The notes under the pieces are model-generated. The model searched no databases. It saw only the letters and a list, made by a program, of their open reading frames with translations, and was not told where the DNA came from. From an uncultured virus (IMG/VR IMGVR_UViG_3300031951_000030) (Duplodnaviria; Heunggongvirae; Uroviricota; Caudoviricetes): a stretch of 64,000 nucleotides of DNA. Positions 28,656-38,111 of the stretch are shown in pieces (position 1 is the first letter of the stretch; every line of letters begins with the position of its first letter). The position numbers and the translations under genes were made by a program. The DNA lies in IMG/VR virus record IMGVR_UViG_3300031951_000030; one strand, written 5' to 3'.

Positions 28656-29435
28656 TTAAAAATAAATGTTCTTTTCTATGTAAAATTGTGGATAGTTTCC
28701 ACTAAAACTAACATCCCATACTTTATATCTATTGTAATGGTTAAAATCACATAAAAATGCAAAATTATTTCTATATGGATAATCGTAATTTAATTTTCGT
28801 AAATCATTAAAAACTATATGTGAATACTGTTTTTCATAATTATCAATAAAATCTTGAATTTCTTCAATTTTTAATTTTTTGTTTAATACAAACGCCATTT
28901 CAAATTCAAAATCTCCAATATGTTGATGTTCCTCTGGTCCAATCATACTACCACATCCGAACCAATAGAAAGAATTTTCGTATTTCACTTTTTCACCATC
29001 TTCAAATTCAATAATTCCTACCAACTTTCCATTTTTATAGCATTTAATATTTCTTTCCAAAAAATGGTCACAAATCATAGCGTACTCATTGAATTCATTA
29101 GTTTCTTCTGGTAATAATCCGGTAAAAATTTGTTTTGAATACATTTCTGTTTTACCATCTATTTCTTTTGAAAACCAATATGTAAATGCAATTGAAACAA
29201 TTCCCAAATTATCTTTATAAGCAGAAATACCAGAATGCATTCCATTTCTGGCAATAGCAAATGATTCTTTATTTTGAGCTACAGTATCAGGAAATATTTT
29301 AAACTTTAAGAATAAAGAAAAATCTTCATCCATATGTTTATCAATTCTAGATGATACGGAGTATCTACTTTCCGGCAAAACGAAAAATATATTATCTTTG
29401 TTTACTCTTAAACTCATATTTTTATTGTTGAACAA
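28656..29435 (-). CDS. standalone LamG/concanavalin A-like domain protein (probable start ATG at 29417)
   Basis: Beta-sandwich pattern (DFSLFLKFK...IKCYKNGKLVG...WFGCG...LKIEEIQ) similar to the LamG inserts in the neighbouring GT7 proteins. Confidence 0.6.
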   Translation of the reverse strand: MFNNKNMSLRVNKDNIFFVLPESRYSVSSRIDKHMDEDFSLFLKFKIFPDTVAQNKESFAIARNGMHSGISAYKDNLGIVSIAFTYWFSKEIDGKTEMYSKQIFTGLLPEETNEFNEYAMICDHFLERNIKCYKNGKLVGIIEFEDGEKVKYENSFYWFGCGSMIGPEEHQHIGDFEFEMAFVLNKKLKIEEIQDFIDNYEKQYSHIVFNDLRKLNYDYPYRNNFAFLCDFNHYNRYKVWDVSFSGNYPQFYIEKNIYF

Positions 29436-30829
29436 AAGTTATAAAATTCTTCTAATTCAGGAAATGTTTTACAAAAATCAGTTCCTCTACGTTTATCGTG
29501 GTTTGAAAAATATTGATAAAAACTATATCTATTTTTCATTTGTTGAGTCGCATCCTGTGGAGAAATCATCCAATCATAAATTCTTTTTACTTTTTGAACC
29601 TCAACATCGGAGTAACCAATGTGTTTTGGGTCAAATGATGGAGCTGCGTAGTAAGTGATTAATTTAGCCTGGTCAGTTATATATTTAGCATAATCAAATG
29701 GAAGTACTTGGACAGTTTGATGTAAAGGGTATCGTAGATATGATGAATCTAAAAACACTGCAGAATTCCAATATCTATCAGTGGATGCGTATACATCTTT
29801 TAATGTGTAAATATTATGAATTAATTGTTCATAATTAAAAACACTTAACGCATTATATGTCGACATGAATGTTATAATAGTTCTTGGGCATTTTGTAAGA
29901 ATTTTATTTACATTATCCCAAAATTTATTAAATTCTAATCCAGTACGAATGTATTCTGCTTGCTCTCCCCATGTATCAACCGATGTAAATATGACAATTT
30001 CTTTTGCTCTACCTTCATCTTCTATTTTTTGTATCTTTTCGATTAATTTATCTATCAACTTATCTGGAACTCCCAAATTAGAATTAATAGCCAGTTTCAA
30101 TTCAGTATTTGGATTTGGATGTTCTATGATATAATCAAGTACTCCCCAAGTATCTTTACTCATAAGAGGTTCTCCGCCTGTGATTCTAAATGTATGAAGG
30201 TCTCTATACAAATCAGGCCACCATTTCCAAAATGCTTCTACATATGGATTATGTTCTTTATTTGGAATTGGTAATTTATCTTCGTTTTTCATCCAATCAA
30301 CGGAATTAAAATTATCCAAAGTTGGGTATGCACCATGCTTTTCAATTTCTTCCATCCACGCCGAACTATACGCAGGACCACAATATGAACATTTGAAATT
30401 ACACGCATTACTAAATGCAACTTCTACATATTTTGGATTAAAATCATCTCTCCAATCAGATTGAATAATGTCATTGATAAATGGATAAGACCAACTTTCA
30501 CCAGATTTAAATATTCTATCCGAAAATCTATCCGAATTATCTTCTACATTCCAACAATAATCACATTCAGAAGGTCTTGCTCCCTGTAACATTTCCTTTC
30601 TACGAAGTTTCTTATATCTCGTATTATGAAGTGCTGATGGGTTTCTAGCAATTTCAGTTTCTGAAATTTTATGTGTTTTGGGGTGGTGACATGAATGATT
30701 ATGTCCACTTTGTAATTGTAGTGTAACTTGCGTCCATTTGGCAGCACACATACCAGGACCAACCACATTTAACTCGTCTTTAACGCGTAAATAAATTGGA
30801 TTTTCACTATAAGTTTTATCTTCTGCCAT
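29414..30829 (-). CDS. radical SAM enzyme with an N-terminal Twitch-like domain
   Basis: CNFKCSYC, ITGGEPLM and TSVDT; N-terminal C.AKW...SCHH...CDYCW. Confidence 0.9.
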   Translation of the reverse strand: MAEDKTYSENPIYLRVKDELNVVGPGMCAAKWTQVTLQLQSGHNHSCHHPKTHKISETEIARNPSALHNTRYKKLRRKEMLQGARPSECDYCWNVEDNSDRFSDRIFKSGESWSYPFINDIIQSDWRDDFNPKYVEVAFSNACNFKCSYCGPAYSSAWMEEIEKHGAYPTLDNFNSVDWMKNEDKLPIPNKEHNPYVEAFWKWWPDLYRDLHTFRITGGEPLMSKDTWGVLDYIIEHPNPNTELKLAINSNLGVPDKLIDKLIEKIQKIEDEGRAKEIVIFTSVDTWGEQAEYIRTGLEFNKFWDNVNKILTKCPRTIITFMSTYNALSVFNYEQLIHNIYTLKDVYASTDRYWNSAVFLDSSYLRYPLHQTVQVLPFDYAKYITDQAKLITYYAAPSFDPKHIGYSDVEVQKVKRIYDWMISPQDATQQMKNRYSFYQYFSNHDKRRGTDFCKTFPELEEFYNFCSTIKI

Positions 30830-30833
30830 ATTT

Positions 30834-32300
30834 TTATTTTAAACAATGAACATTTATTAATTTGTGTTTATCAAAAATGATTTTAGTACTGATATGTTTA
30901 TACTTCATATTATTTATACCATCTTTTTTATAATCAATTTTACCTTGCTGCATTTCTAATACATATCTTCTTTCGTTTCTTGCAGTGGTTTCACCTTTAG
31001 CCCATTTTTCAATACCACCTTCTTTAATTAAACCTTCAGTTTCATGTGGTAAACAGAAAAATTTACCATCTCTTCTATGTGGTAGTATTACATGGGGTAT
31101 TTGTATTTCTCTTTCTTCAATACCAACATTATACAATACACCATCGTTTAATTCGGCCTGGTCTATTACAAATTTATCATCAACTATTTCATCAAAGTTA
31201 TAGTGTAATACCAAACTATCGGTTGAATACTGCTTATGTAATAAATTAACTTCTTCACCAGTTAACGCTCTATCCCACATTTTAATATCAGCTATTTCAC
31301 CTTTAAAAAATGCGTTTGGTTCAAATGGTTCAACCGTTGTCGTATGCCCTACATAAAATGGTTCATTTCCATATCGTTTTAAGTTATACTGATATTCAAA
31401 CGGTGATTGCGTACCCGTTCCATTTCTAGCATCACTTTCATTTCCATTTAGATAAAAATGCATTTTCTTTTCCAAATCATCAATTACCATCGTAACCCAC
31501 GTCCATTCTCCCTCATACCTTTTAAACCATTGGTAGATATGTTCTCTATGAGCATTCCATAACATACCAGTATATGCCCTACTATTGTTAAATGATAATC
31601 CCCAATCATAACCTGGTTTTCTGAATATAGGATATTCTACGAATTTTCTGTTTGAATCACCAATTAACCAAATAGGGACTTTTTCTATTTGTTGGTCTGC
31701 CTTTACTAATACAGAAATTGTATGTGAATTGGATATTGCTATTCTATTTTTTTCAGAAGATGGTATTTTGATGTATGAACTTTTACCATCAAATACTGCT
31801 ACATTTTTTACTTTAGCGAAATCAATAGTTTGTTTATTAACATATCCTTCCATCACACATCTCCAAAACAAATCATCATCTTCCATGCCCCAATCCCAAT
31901 AATCATTTGAATAACCATTGGTTGCTAAAACTTGCTCTTTTGTAAAAACAACCGCACCACCAAAGTATTCCTGATATTTTAATTGGTAATCCGATTGTGA
32001 GATACGAACTGCAATGTGTTGTGGATTTTCCATAGGATATGAATAATCACAACTATCATCTTCGGGTACCATATCAATATCATGCCAAACTATGTAATCA
32101 CATCCATCATCAATTGCATGTTTTGCAGCAATGTTTTTCATCAATCCTCTATTGAATAGATATTCATCACACTGATGTGCAATATAAATGGTGTGGTCAA
32201 TTCCTTTCTTTGTTAAGAAATTAGTAACCCAAGGAACAAATTGATTCATATGTTCCTCTCTGTTTCTATATGGTACGCAGACCCCTAACTTATGCCCCAT
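30834..32300 (-). CDS. GT7 (beta-1,4-galactosyltransferase-like) glycosyltransferase with an inserted LamG domain (paralog 1)
   Basis: VPYRNR, FNRGLMKN, HDID, YFGG and NGYSNDYWDWGMEDDD; then a LamG-like block; then the GT7 tail GKFFCLPH...DGINNMKY. Confidence 0.88.
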   Translation of the reverse strand: MGHKLGVCVPYRNREEHMNQFVPWVTNFLTKKGIDHTIYIAHQCDEYLFNRGLMKNIAAKHAIDDGCDYIVWHDIDMVPEDDSCDYSYPMENPQHIAVRISQSDYQLKYQEYFGGAVVFTKEQVLATNGYSNDYWDWGMEDDDLFWRCVMEGYVNKQTIDFAKVKNVAVFDGKSSYIKIPSSEKNRIAISNSHTISVLVKADQQIEKVPIWLIGDSNRKFVEYPIFRKPGYDWGLSFNNSRAYTGMLWNAHREHIYQWFKRYEGEWTWVTMVIDDLEKKMHFYLNGNESDARNGTGTQSPFEYQYNLKRYGNEPFYVGHTTTVEPFEPNAFFKGEIADIKMWDRALTGEEVNLLHKQYSTDSLVLHYNFDEIVDDKFVIDQAELNDGVLYNVGIEEREIQIPHVILPHRRDGKFFCLPHETEGLIKEGGIEKWAKGETTARNERRYVLEMQQGKIDYKKDGINNMKYKHISTKIIFDKHKLINVHCLK

Positions 32301-32301
32301 T

Positions 32302-33732
32302 TTACAATAATACTGATAGATGATGATAGTTATTCATTGATACATCATTTAATACCTGATATAAACAATTGTTTAAACCATCCTTATCTGTGTTATATAA
32401 TTTAGTTTTAATTTGATTTAAAAATCTTAATTGGTTTATACGAGTTTCTCTATGAACCCAGTTTTTCTCATTCCAACTATTTGTTTTATGAGATAATAAT
32501 TTAAATAAAGATTTTCTTCTATACGGAACCGTCATTTCTCTACCTAATGATTCATGTGATTTTATGAAATGGCAATTATTAATTTCACCATTATTACCGT
32601 TAAAAGATAAATCTAATAGAGTATTTTCTTTGTAGAATTTAAAATCATAATATAATTTTAAATGTTCCGCCGATTTATACGCTCTAAAATTTTCTAATAA
32701 AGAATTTTCCAAAACATTATCTGCTAATATAGAAATTTCTTTATCTTTCAATTTACAATCGTATATTGCAAATTCAGAAATCATTCCATAAAAAAAGTTT
32801 GGGTTAGAATCCCTTTCAGGTGAACCAACGCCTAAATAAAAGTATTCTTCATCTGAATAATCCTTTGGAGCATTCTTTAGTTTTTCTGTACCTACTAATT
32901 CACCATCTTTATAAAAAGAAATTTCATTTTTTTTATAATCAAAAGTTAAACAAATTTGAGTAAAATGATTAGTTAGTATTTCTGAATTAATAGAAGTGCA
33001 ATCATCGGTATCATCCCAAAAATCTACTTTATATCTTCTAAAAGAATTATAACTTATATTCGTATCGTATCCAGGTATTGAAAATACAGTATATTCATCA
33101 TAATCATTATTTGGATTTGATATTATTTCATCAGGTTTAAATGTAATTATTATTGATGTATCTTTTTCAAAATCTAATAAGTCTTTCTTTAGTATCCTGA
33201 TGTAAGAATCATTTCCACTAAAAGATAACCCATATAATTTTTTGGTTTCATTTTTACCAATAATTTTTGAATCCAATGGAATGCTCTTTTGATTAACCCT
33301 AAATAAAAGGTCATCATCTTCAAACCCCCATCCCCAATATAAATTAGAATATCCATTTACTCTTTCAAATGTATCAGAACTAAACATAGTTACACCTCCA
33401 AAATAATCATCAAATGATAAGTTTTTGGATTTATCATATTCTAATTCAAAATTGGTTGCAAGGTGCATGGGTAATTCAGAATAAGAATAATCAACCTCAA
33501 TTGGTAGCATATCCACATCGTGAAATACAATATATCCACATCCTAATTCTTTTGCTTTGATATACCCAATATTTAATAACTTCCCTCTATTAAACGGTTT
33601 ATCATCGGTCTGTTCAACTACGATAATCTCGTGTTTAATTTTTTTGGATTTTAAATATGAAGACATAGTTTCACCGAATCGTGCTAAATGCGATTCTCTA
33701 TCTCTGTATGGTACAATTATTCCTAACTTCAT
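32302..33732 (-). CDS. GT7 glycosyltransferase with an inserted LamG domain (paralog 2)
   Basis: VPYRDR, FNRGKLLNIG, FHDVD, YFGG and NGYSNLYWGWGFEDDD; LamG block; tail LFKLLSH...DGLNNCLYQV. Confidence 0.88.
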   Translation of the reverse strand: MKLGIIVPYRDRESHLARFGETMSSYLKSKKIKHEIIVVEQTDDKPFNRGKLLNIGYIKAKELGCGYIVFHDVDMLPIEVDYSYSELPMHLATNFELEYDKSKNLSFDDYFGGVTMFSSDTFERVNGYSNLYWGWGFEDDDLLFRVNQKSIPLDSKIIGKNETKKLYGLSFSGNDSYIRILKKDLLDFEKDTSIIITFKPDEIISNPNNDYDEYTVFSIPGYDTNISYNSFRRYKVDFWDDTDDCTSINSEILTNHFTQICLTFDYKKNEISFYKDGELVGTEKLKNAPKDYSDEEYFYLGVGSPERDSNPNFFYGMISEFAIYDCKLKDKEISILADNVLENSLLENFRAYKSAEHLKLYYDFKFYKENTLLDLSFNGNNGEINNCHFIKSHESLGREMTVPYRRKSLFKLLSHKTNSWNEKNWVHRETRINQLRFLNQIKTKLYNTDKDGLNNCLYQVLNDVSMNNYHHLSVLL

Positions 33733-33737
33733 TTAGA

Positions 33738-34079
33738 TTATACTTTTTCTATATCTTTTTTAGGTCTTGCTCTACGAGGTGGCGGTAATTCTGCATCATT
33801 TTCAATTTGAGCAGGTTCGGTGGGAATACTTCCTTTAAAAGATGTTTCTGAACTAGATGATGACCCATTTTCTTTTGCAATGTTGTAGAATTCATAAAGA
33901 TAATACGCAACTCTATCACTCCATTCTGATTTGTTAATTTCTTCAAACCAAATAGTAAGTGCATCTAAAGAATTGGCAATTTTTTCCAATGCTTTAACTT
34001 TTCTAGTTTCCAATACTACCGATTCCAAATTTTGTTCAGGTGTAGTTGTTGTGTCAGATTGTAACTTAACTTTCGCCAT
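33738..34079 (-). CDS. hypothetical protein (113 aa)
   Basis: Packed ORF between GT7 paralogs, with a helical core and a low-complexity tail. Confidence 0.65.
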   Translation of the reverse strand: MAKVKLQSDTTTTPEQNLESVVLETRKVKALEKIANSLDALTIWFEEINKSEWSDRVAYYLYEFYNIAKENGSSSSSETSFKGSIPTEPAQIENDAELPPPRRARPKKDIEKV

Positions 34080-34085
34080 TTATTT

Positions 34086-35543
34086 TTATATTTTAATTTG
34101 ATGCTTATAAACTCCTGTTTTAATTTCTTCTGTTGATACTAAATCATATGATAATGTATTTAATCCAAATTTATCAGTATCTAATATATCAGTTGCAATT
34201 TCATAAAAGAAAATACCTTCATTTTCTTCAAAAATATCATCTTTTACTTTCCAACTATAATTTTGTAATTTAGTGAATTTTTTTGAATTTTCCAAGATTT
34301 GAAACCGTCCATTTGATTGTTCTGGCATATCAAATTCATAAGACAGGTTTAATTGTTCAGAATACAATTCCTGATGTAACCCAGTTGATACTATTCTTGG
34401 ATTTGAAAATGTTTTAGAATCATCTACATAAAAATCTCCAAACTTTTTATCAAATGGTACATTTATAACTGCTTCAAAATTTGTAGTTATTGTATCATTT
34501 ATTGTTTTATACCCATCGGTGTATAGTTTTAATATTTCGGATTCTGCCAATGGGTAATCGAATAATAATAGGTTAGATATTTTGCCATTAAATGAATTTT
34601 TAAATGCCAAACTACCAATCCACAAATCTTTTCCTTTAAAGTCCATTAAATAATTTGGTAATCCATCCAGTGCTTGTACAAGTTTGCCATCAATGTATAG
34701 ACCGGCTTTTTTCTTATCCATATCAACCTTTAATGACAGGTTTATCCATTGATTGACATGTGCTTTGTGTGAATACCACATTTGATGTAAACTCTTATTA
34801 TCATCCCACAATTGAACTACAATTGCATCGTTTTTCATAATAAAAATTCCCATATCATAACCTTGTTTCCCAATAATACACGCATCGTTTGATTGATTAT
34901 CGTTAATGAAAACATTCATTGATATTGTAAATGAATCTTCAAAAATATAATCGGTTGTTTTGCTTGCTCTTATAAACACACAATTATTTTCATTTGAATC
35001 AAAAGGATATATTGTTTTTTTAATATATTTATTTACCTCTTTTACATCTGTTAAAACATGCGGTTTATATATATTTTTAGTAAAAAATCTCTTTGCAGAT
35101 AATAATTTGTGTTTTTTTAATCTATATAAGAAATCTATCCAATGAAAAGAACCTCCCCAATAATCGTTACTGAACCCGTTTGCTTCGAAGAAATTTTCTT
35201 TTGTAATTTTAAAAGCTCCGCCTATCCAATGAGGATACGGTTTTAAATTTGCGGCTAAATGTGTTGGGTAGTATTCAAAATCATAATTACACGATTCTTG
35301 TCTTGGTAGAATATCAATATCGTGGAATATATAATAATCGGAACGATTTTGTGTTATATCCGCACCAATATTACACAGTTTTCCATAATTAAAATAAACA
35401 TCCGCATCTATTTGTTCGATGAAATGTATTTCGTAATCTATTTTATCTTTTAAAAAGTATTCCATGTGACCCACAAAGGTATACAGGTCTTGTAAACGAT
35501 TGGAGTACGGTACTATAATTGATAACTTTTTACTATTCGCCAT
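34086..35543 (-). CDS. degenerate GT7-LamG protein (paralog 3; probable pseudo-enzyme)
   Basis: VPYSNR, FNYGKLCNIG, FHDID and NGFSNDYWG, but the WGxEDDD motif is replaced by WGGSFHWID. LamG block and FGLNTLSY tail are present. Confidence 0.8.
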   Translation of the reverse strand: MANSKKLSIIVPYSNRLQDLYTFVGHMEYFLKDKIDYEIHFIEQIDADVYFNYGKLCNIGADITQNRSDYYIFHDIDILPRQESCNYDFEYYPTHLAANLKPYPHWIGGAFKITKENFFEANGFSNDYWGGSFHWIDFLYRLKKHKLLSAKRFFTKNIYKPHVLTDVKEVNKYIKKTIYPFDSNENNCVFIRASKTTDYIFEDSFTISMNVFINDNQSNDACIIGKQGYDMGIFIMKNDAIVVQLWDDNKSLHQMWYSHKAHVNQWINLSLKVDMDKKKAGLYIDGKLVQALDGLPNYLMDFKGKDLWIGSLAFKNSFNGKISNLLLFDYPLAESEILKLYTDGYKTINDTITTNFEAVINVPFDKKFGDFYVDDSKTFSNPRIVSTGLHQELYSEQLNLSYEFDMPEQSNGRFQILENSKKFTKLQNYSWKVKDDIFEENEGIFFYEIATDILDTDKFGLNTLSYDLVSTEEIKTGVYKHQIKI

Positions 35544-35557
35544 CTTAATAACCTATT

Positions 35558-36406
35558 TTATATAGATATAATTTTTTTAAATAATTGTTTCCATTTTGAG
35601 TATCCTGAATAATGATAAGTTGGTGATAATTCGAATCCAAATCTCACATCATCCAATGGTAATTTAAATCTAAATTTTGCCAATTCTCTATACATTTTTC
35701 GATATTCTTCTGAATATGAGTAATCTTTATTTATGTTTGCAACTGCTCTAATTCTTTCTCCACAAGTACTATCCCATTTAAAATGATGTACTTGCACACT
35801 GCATTTGTTAATTGGTGCAATCAGTGGATGATTCCAACCTTGCCATTTCCAAGTAGTATGTCCGTCTATTTTTGCATAATGCTGTCCGTTTGTAATTTCA
35901 ACATACCCCTTTGCTATACAAATTTTATTAGGATTAGCACCACTTAACGGAAATCTAAAAAATCCTGCGTATGGAAACTTTTCAAATATGTCATCCGTAT
36001 CTAATAATTCAACAAATTCACCATCCTCTCCAATTCTATCTATAAATCCACCTCTTACCATTTCCCATCCATTTACATCACAATTTGATGTGATACTTCG
36101 TAATGAATCCGAATAGACATGGAACTCATCATCATCGGATATTACCCACCAATCGTTTGGATGAGTTGATTTTACTTCATTGTAAAGTCTTGTTACCTTT
36201 TCCCAATTATACTTCTCTTCAATTACCGTTTTTACAATTTTAGCATTTGGAAATTGAGATACTATGGTTTTAACTTCTGATAAATTAGATTGCTCTTCCC
36301 AATCATATACAACAATATACATTTCATCCACTTTATCTTTGTAGTGGTTTAACATATGTTTTAATGTTGTTGTTCTAGAACCTGTTACCGTAACTAATCT
36401 AATCAT
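35558..36406 (-). CDS. GT-A fold glycosyltransferase (GT2-like)
   Basis: HMLNHY...VDEMYIVV, WWVISDDDEF (DxD-like) and HHFKW. Confidence 0.7.
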   Translation of the reverse strand: MIRLVTVTGSRTTTLKHMLNHYKDKVDEMYIVVYDWEEQSNLSEVKTIVSQFPNAKIVKTVIEEKYNWEKVTRLYNEVKSTHPNDWWVISDDDEFHVYSDSLRSITSNCDVNGWEMVRGGFIDRIGEDGEFVELLDTDDIFEKFPYAGFFRFPLSGANPNKICIAKGYVEITNGQHYAKIDGHTTWKWQGWNHPLIAPINKCSVQVHHFKWDSTCGERIRAVANINKDYSYSEEYRKMYRELAKFRFKLPLDDVRFGFELSPTYHYSGYSKWKQLFKKIISI

Positions 36407-37161
36407 TTTCTTTTAACTAATGTTAATCCAGTTGATGATGGTTTATTTTTTACTATTCCAAAATTGAATAAATCAAATGTTTCCCACTTTGGATTATCTT
36501 TAAGTTCTTTAGCAAATGTAATTGGTCCATGCCAATCATCAAAATCACCTCTATCTTTTACTTCGTTTGTAACAATGTAACTATCTGCATAATTAGGGTC
36601 CGTATCGTGGATAGAAATGATACCATTTGGAGAAAGTAACTGCGAATATAGTTCAAAATCCTCTTTTACATTCTCATAACTATGACCAGCATCTATATGT
36701 AAATAATCTATCTGAATATCATTAAGAATAAAGTAATTATGAAAAGCGTCTTCTGTTGTTTTATTAATAATTCGTGGATGAAATGTTCTTCTGAAAAATG
36801 ATTCTTCTCTAAACCAATTTACATGTCCACCAATACCGTTCATAGCATCAACAACATAAGTAACACCAATATCTCCCCAATTTAAATCAGAATTTCCTTC
36901 AAAAATGCCTTGTTTATGTAAATCGTAACGAGCCTGTGTCATTAATCTAGGTACAAATCCTCCACCTGAACCTAAACATACACAAGTTTTTGCTCTCATA
37001 TACTGAATAAGAGAATAGATTATTAAACCATCTCCTAAATGATTATCAGTTGCTCCATGTGACCATCTATACGGAACTGGAACTTCTTCTTGCTCCTGAT
37101 ATTCGTTATATTCTAAATTGTTTGTTAGATAATTCTTTAAGTATTGTAAATCTTGTAGCAT
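36403..37161 (-). CDS. class I SAM-dependent methyltransferase (Methyltransf_24-like)
   Basis: VCLGSGGG, IDYLHIDAGHSYENVKEDF and LSPNGIISIHDT. Confidence 0.85.
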   Translation of the reverse strand: MLQDLQYLKNYLTNNLEYNEYQEQEEVPVPYRWSHGATDNHLGDGLIIYSLIQYMRAKTCVCLGSGGGFVPRLMTQARYDLHKQGIFEGNSDLNWGDIGVTYVVDAMNGIGGHVNWFREESFFRRTFHPRIINKTTEDAFHNYFILNDIQIDYLHIDAGHSYENVKEDFELYSQLLSPNGIISIHDTDPNYADSYIVTNEVKDRGDFDDWHGPITFAKELKDNPKWETFDLFNFGIVKNKPSSTGLTLVKRK

Positions 37162-37188
37162 TAGATTAGTTGATAAAGTAAAGTGAAT

Positions 37189-37219
37189 ACAATATACTAA
37201 AAAAAATCTAAATTTACAA
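37189..37219 (-). promoter_or_regulatory. possible Bacteroidota-type promoter (TTG-N20-TATATTGT)
   Basis: Same 20-nt spacing as the copies at 6684 and 52802; two mismatches to TAnnTTTG. Confidence 0.35.
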
Positions 37220-37223
37220 CACT

Positions 37224-38111
37224 TTATTCATTTATTTTAGTATGATATTTTTCTACATCATCTTTAATTTTTGGCCATAGGAAATTTGTAAAGAAATCAA
37301 TTGATTGTTCTTTTGATGGATGAAACCAACCACCCAACATTGTTTGATTTTTGTTGGCAAAGTATTCCAATATACCACCTCCAAATCCTTTTATCCTAAC
37401 ATCATCGGTAAATATAAATTTATCAAAATCAATTTTTTCTAATAGTTCTGGTATTATATCTGCTTCAAACCAAGAATTTTCAAATGGTTCTAATTTATCA
37501 AATAAACTTTCTGTTTTTAATGTAGCGTAATTTCCTGTATCCACATCAGCTCTTTTTTGAAGATTATATAATTTGTCTACCGCAACATCCATTTGAAACA
37601 AATTACCAATTGTAATCATTTTATATGGTATATTTTTTTCTTTAAAATACTGTTGAGTGTGATATATACTTTCTAATGTTTGTAATATAGCACCATATAT
37701 TGAATAATAATTTTCAAAAAATTCTTTCCCATACCCAAATATATCAGTTCCATTTAACATATAGTTTATTTTACCAATTCTTTCAGGATGCATACTCATT
37801 CTTGGAAAATTTTTTGCTCTATCTTCGTTTACAAATACAGGATAATCCCATCTATCGATTGTAGACCATTGAACTATTGCATAATCTACATTCGAGTGTG
37901 GTTTAGTTGGATTTTTGTAATGTGGTGAATTTAAAAATCTGAATACCTTTCTTCGCATTATATCATTTCCAGAACCACCACATGCTGCATTATACACATC
38001 AAACGGGTCTGATGTTTTTTTTGGATTAAATAAGGAATATCCTTCCATTTCAAACCCAATAGGCCAGTTTTCATCTCCTGCAGTAAAAGAGCATCCGTTT
38101 ATTAATATCAT
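37224..38111 (-). CDS. SGNH/GDSL-like hydrolase or acyltransferase (paralog 3)
   Basis: LINGCSFTAG, NAACGGSGN, QWSTIDR and C-terminal FHPS. Confidence 0.7.
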   Translation of the reverse strand: MILINGCSFTAGDENWPIGFEMEGYSLFNPKKTSDPFDVYNAACGGSGNDIMRRKVFRFLNSPHYKNPTKPHSNVDYAIVQWSTIDRWDYPVFVNEDRAKNFPRMSMHPERIGKINYMLNGTDIFGYGKEFFENYYSIYGAILQTLESIYHTQQYFKEKNIPYKMITIGNLFQMDVAVDKLYNLQKRADVDTGNYATLKTESLFDKLEPFENSWFEADIIPELLEKIDFDKFIFTDDVRIKGFGGGILEYFANKNQTMLGGWFHPSKEQSIDFFTNFLWPKIKDDVEKYHTKINE

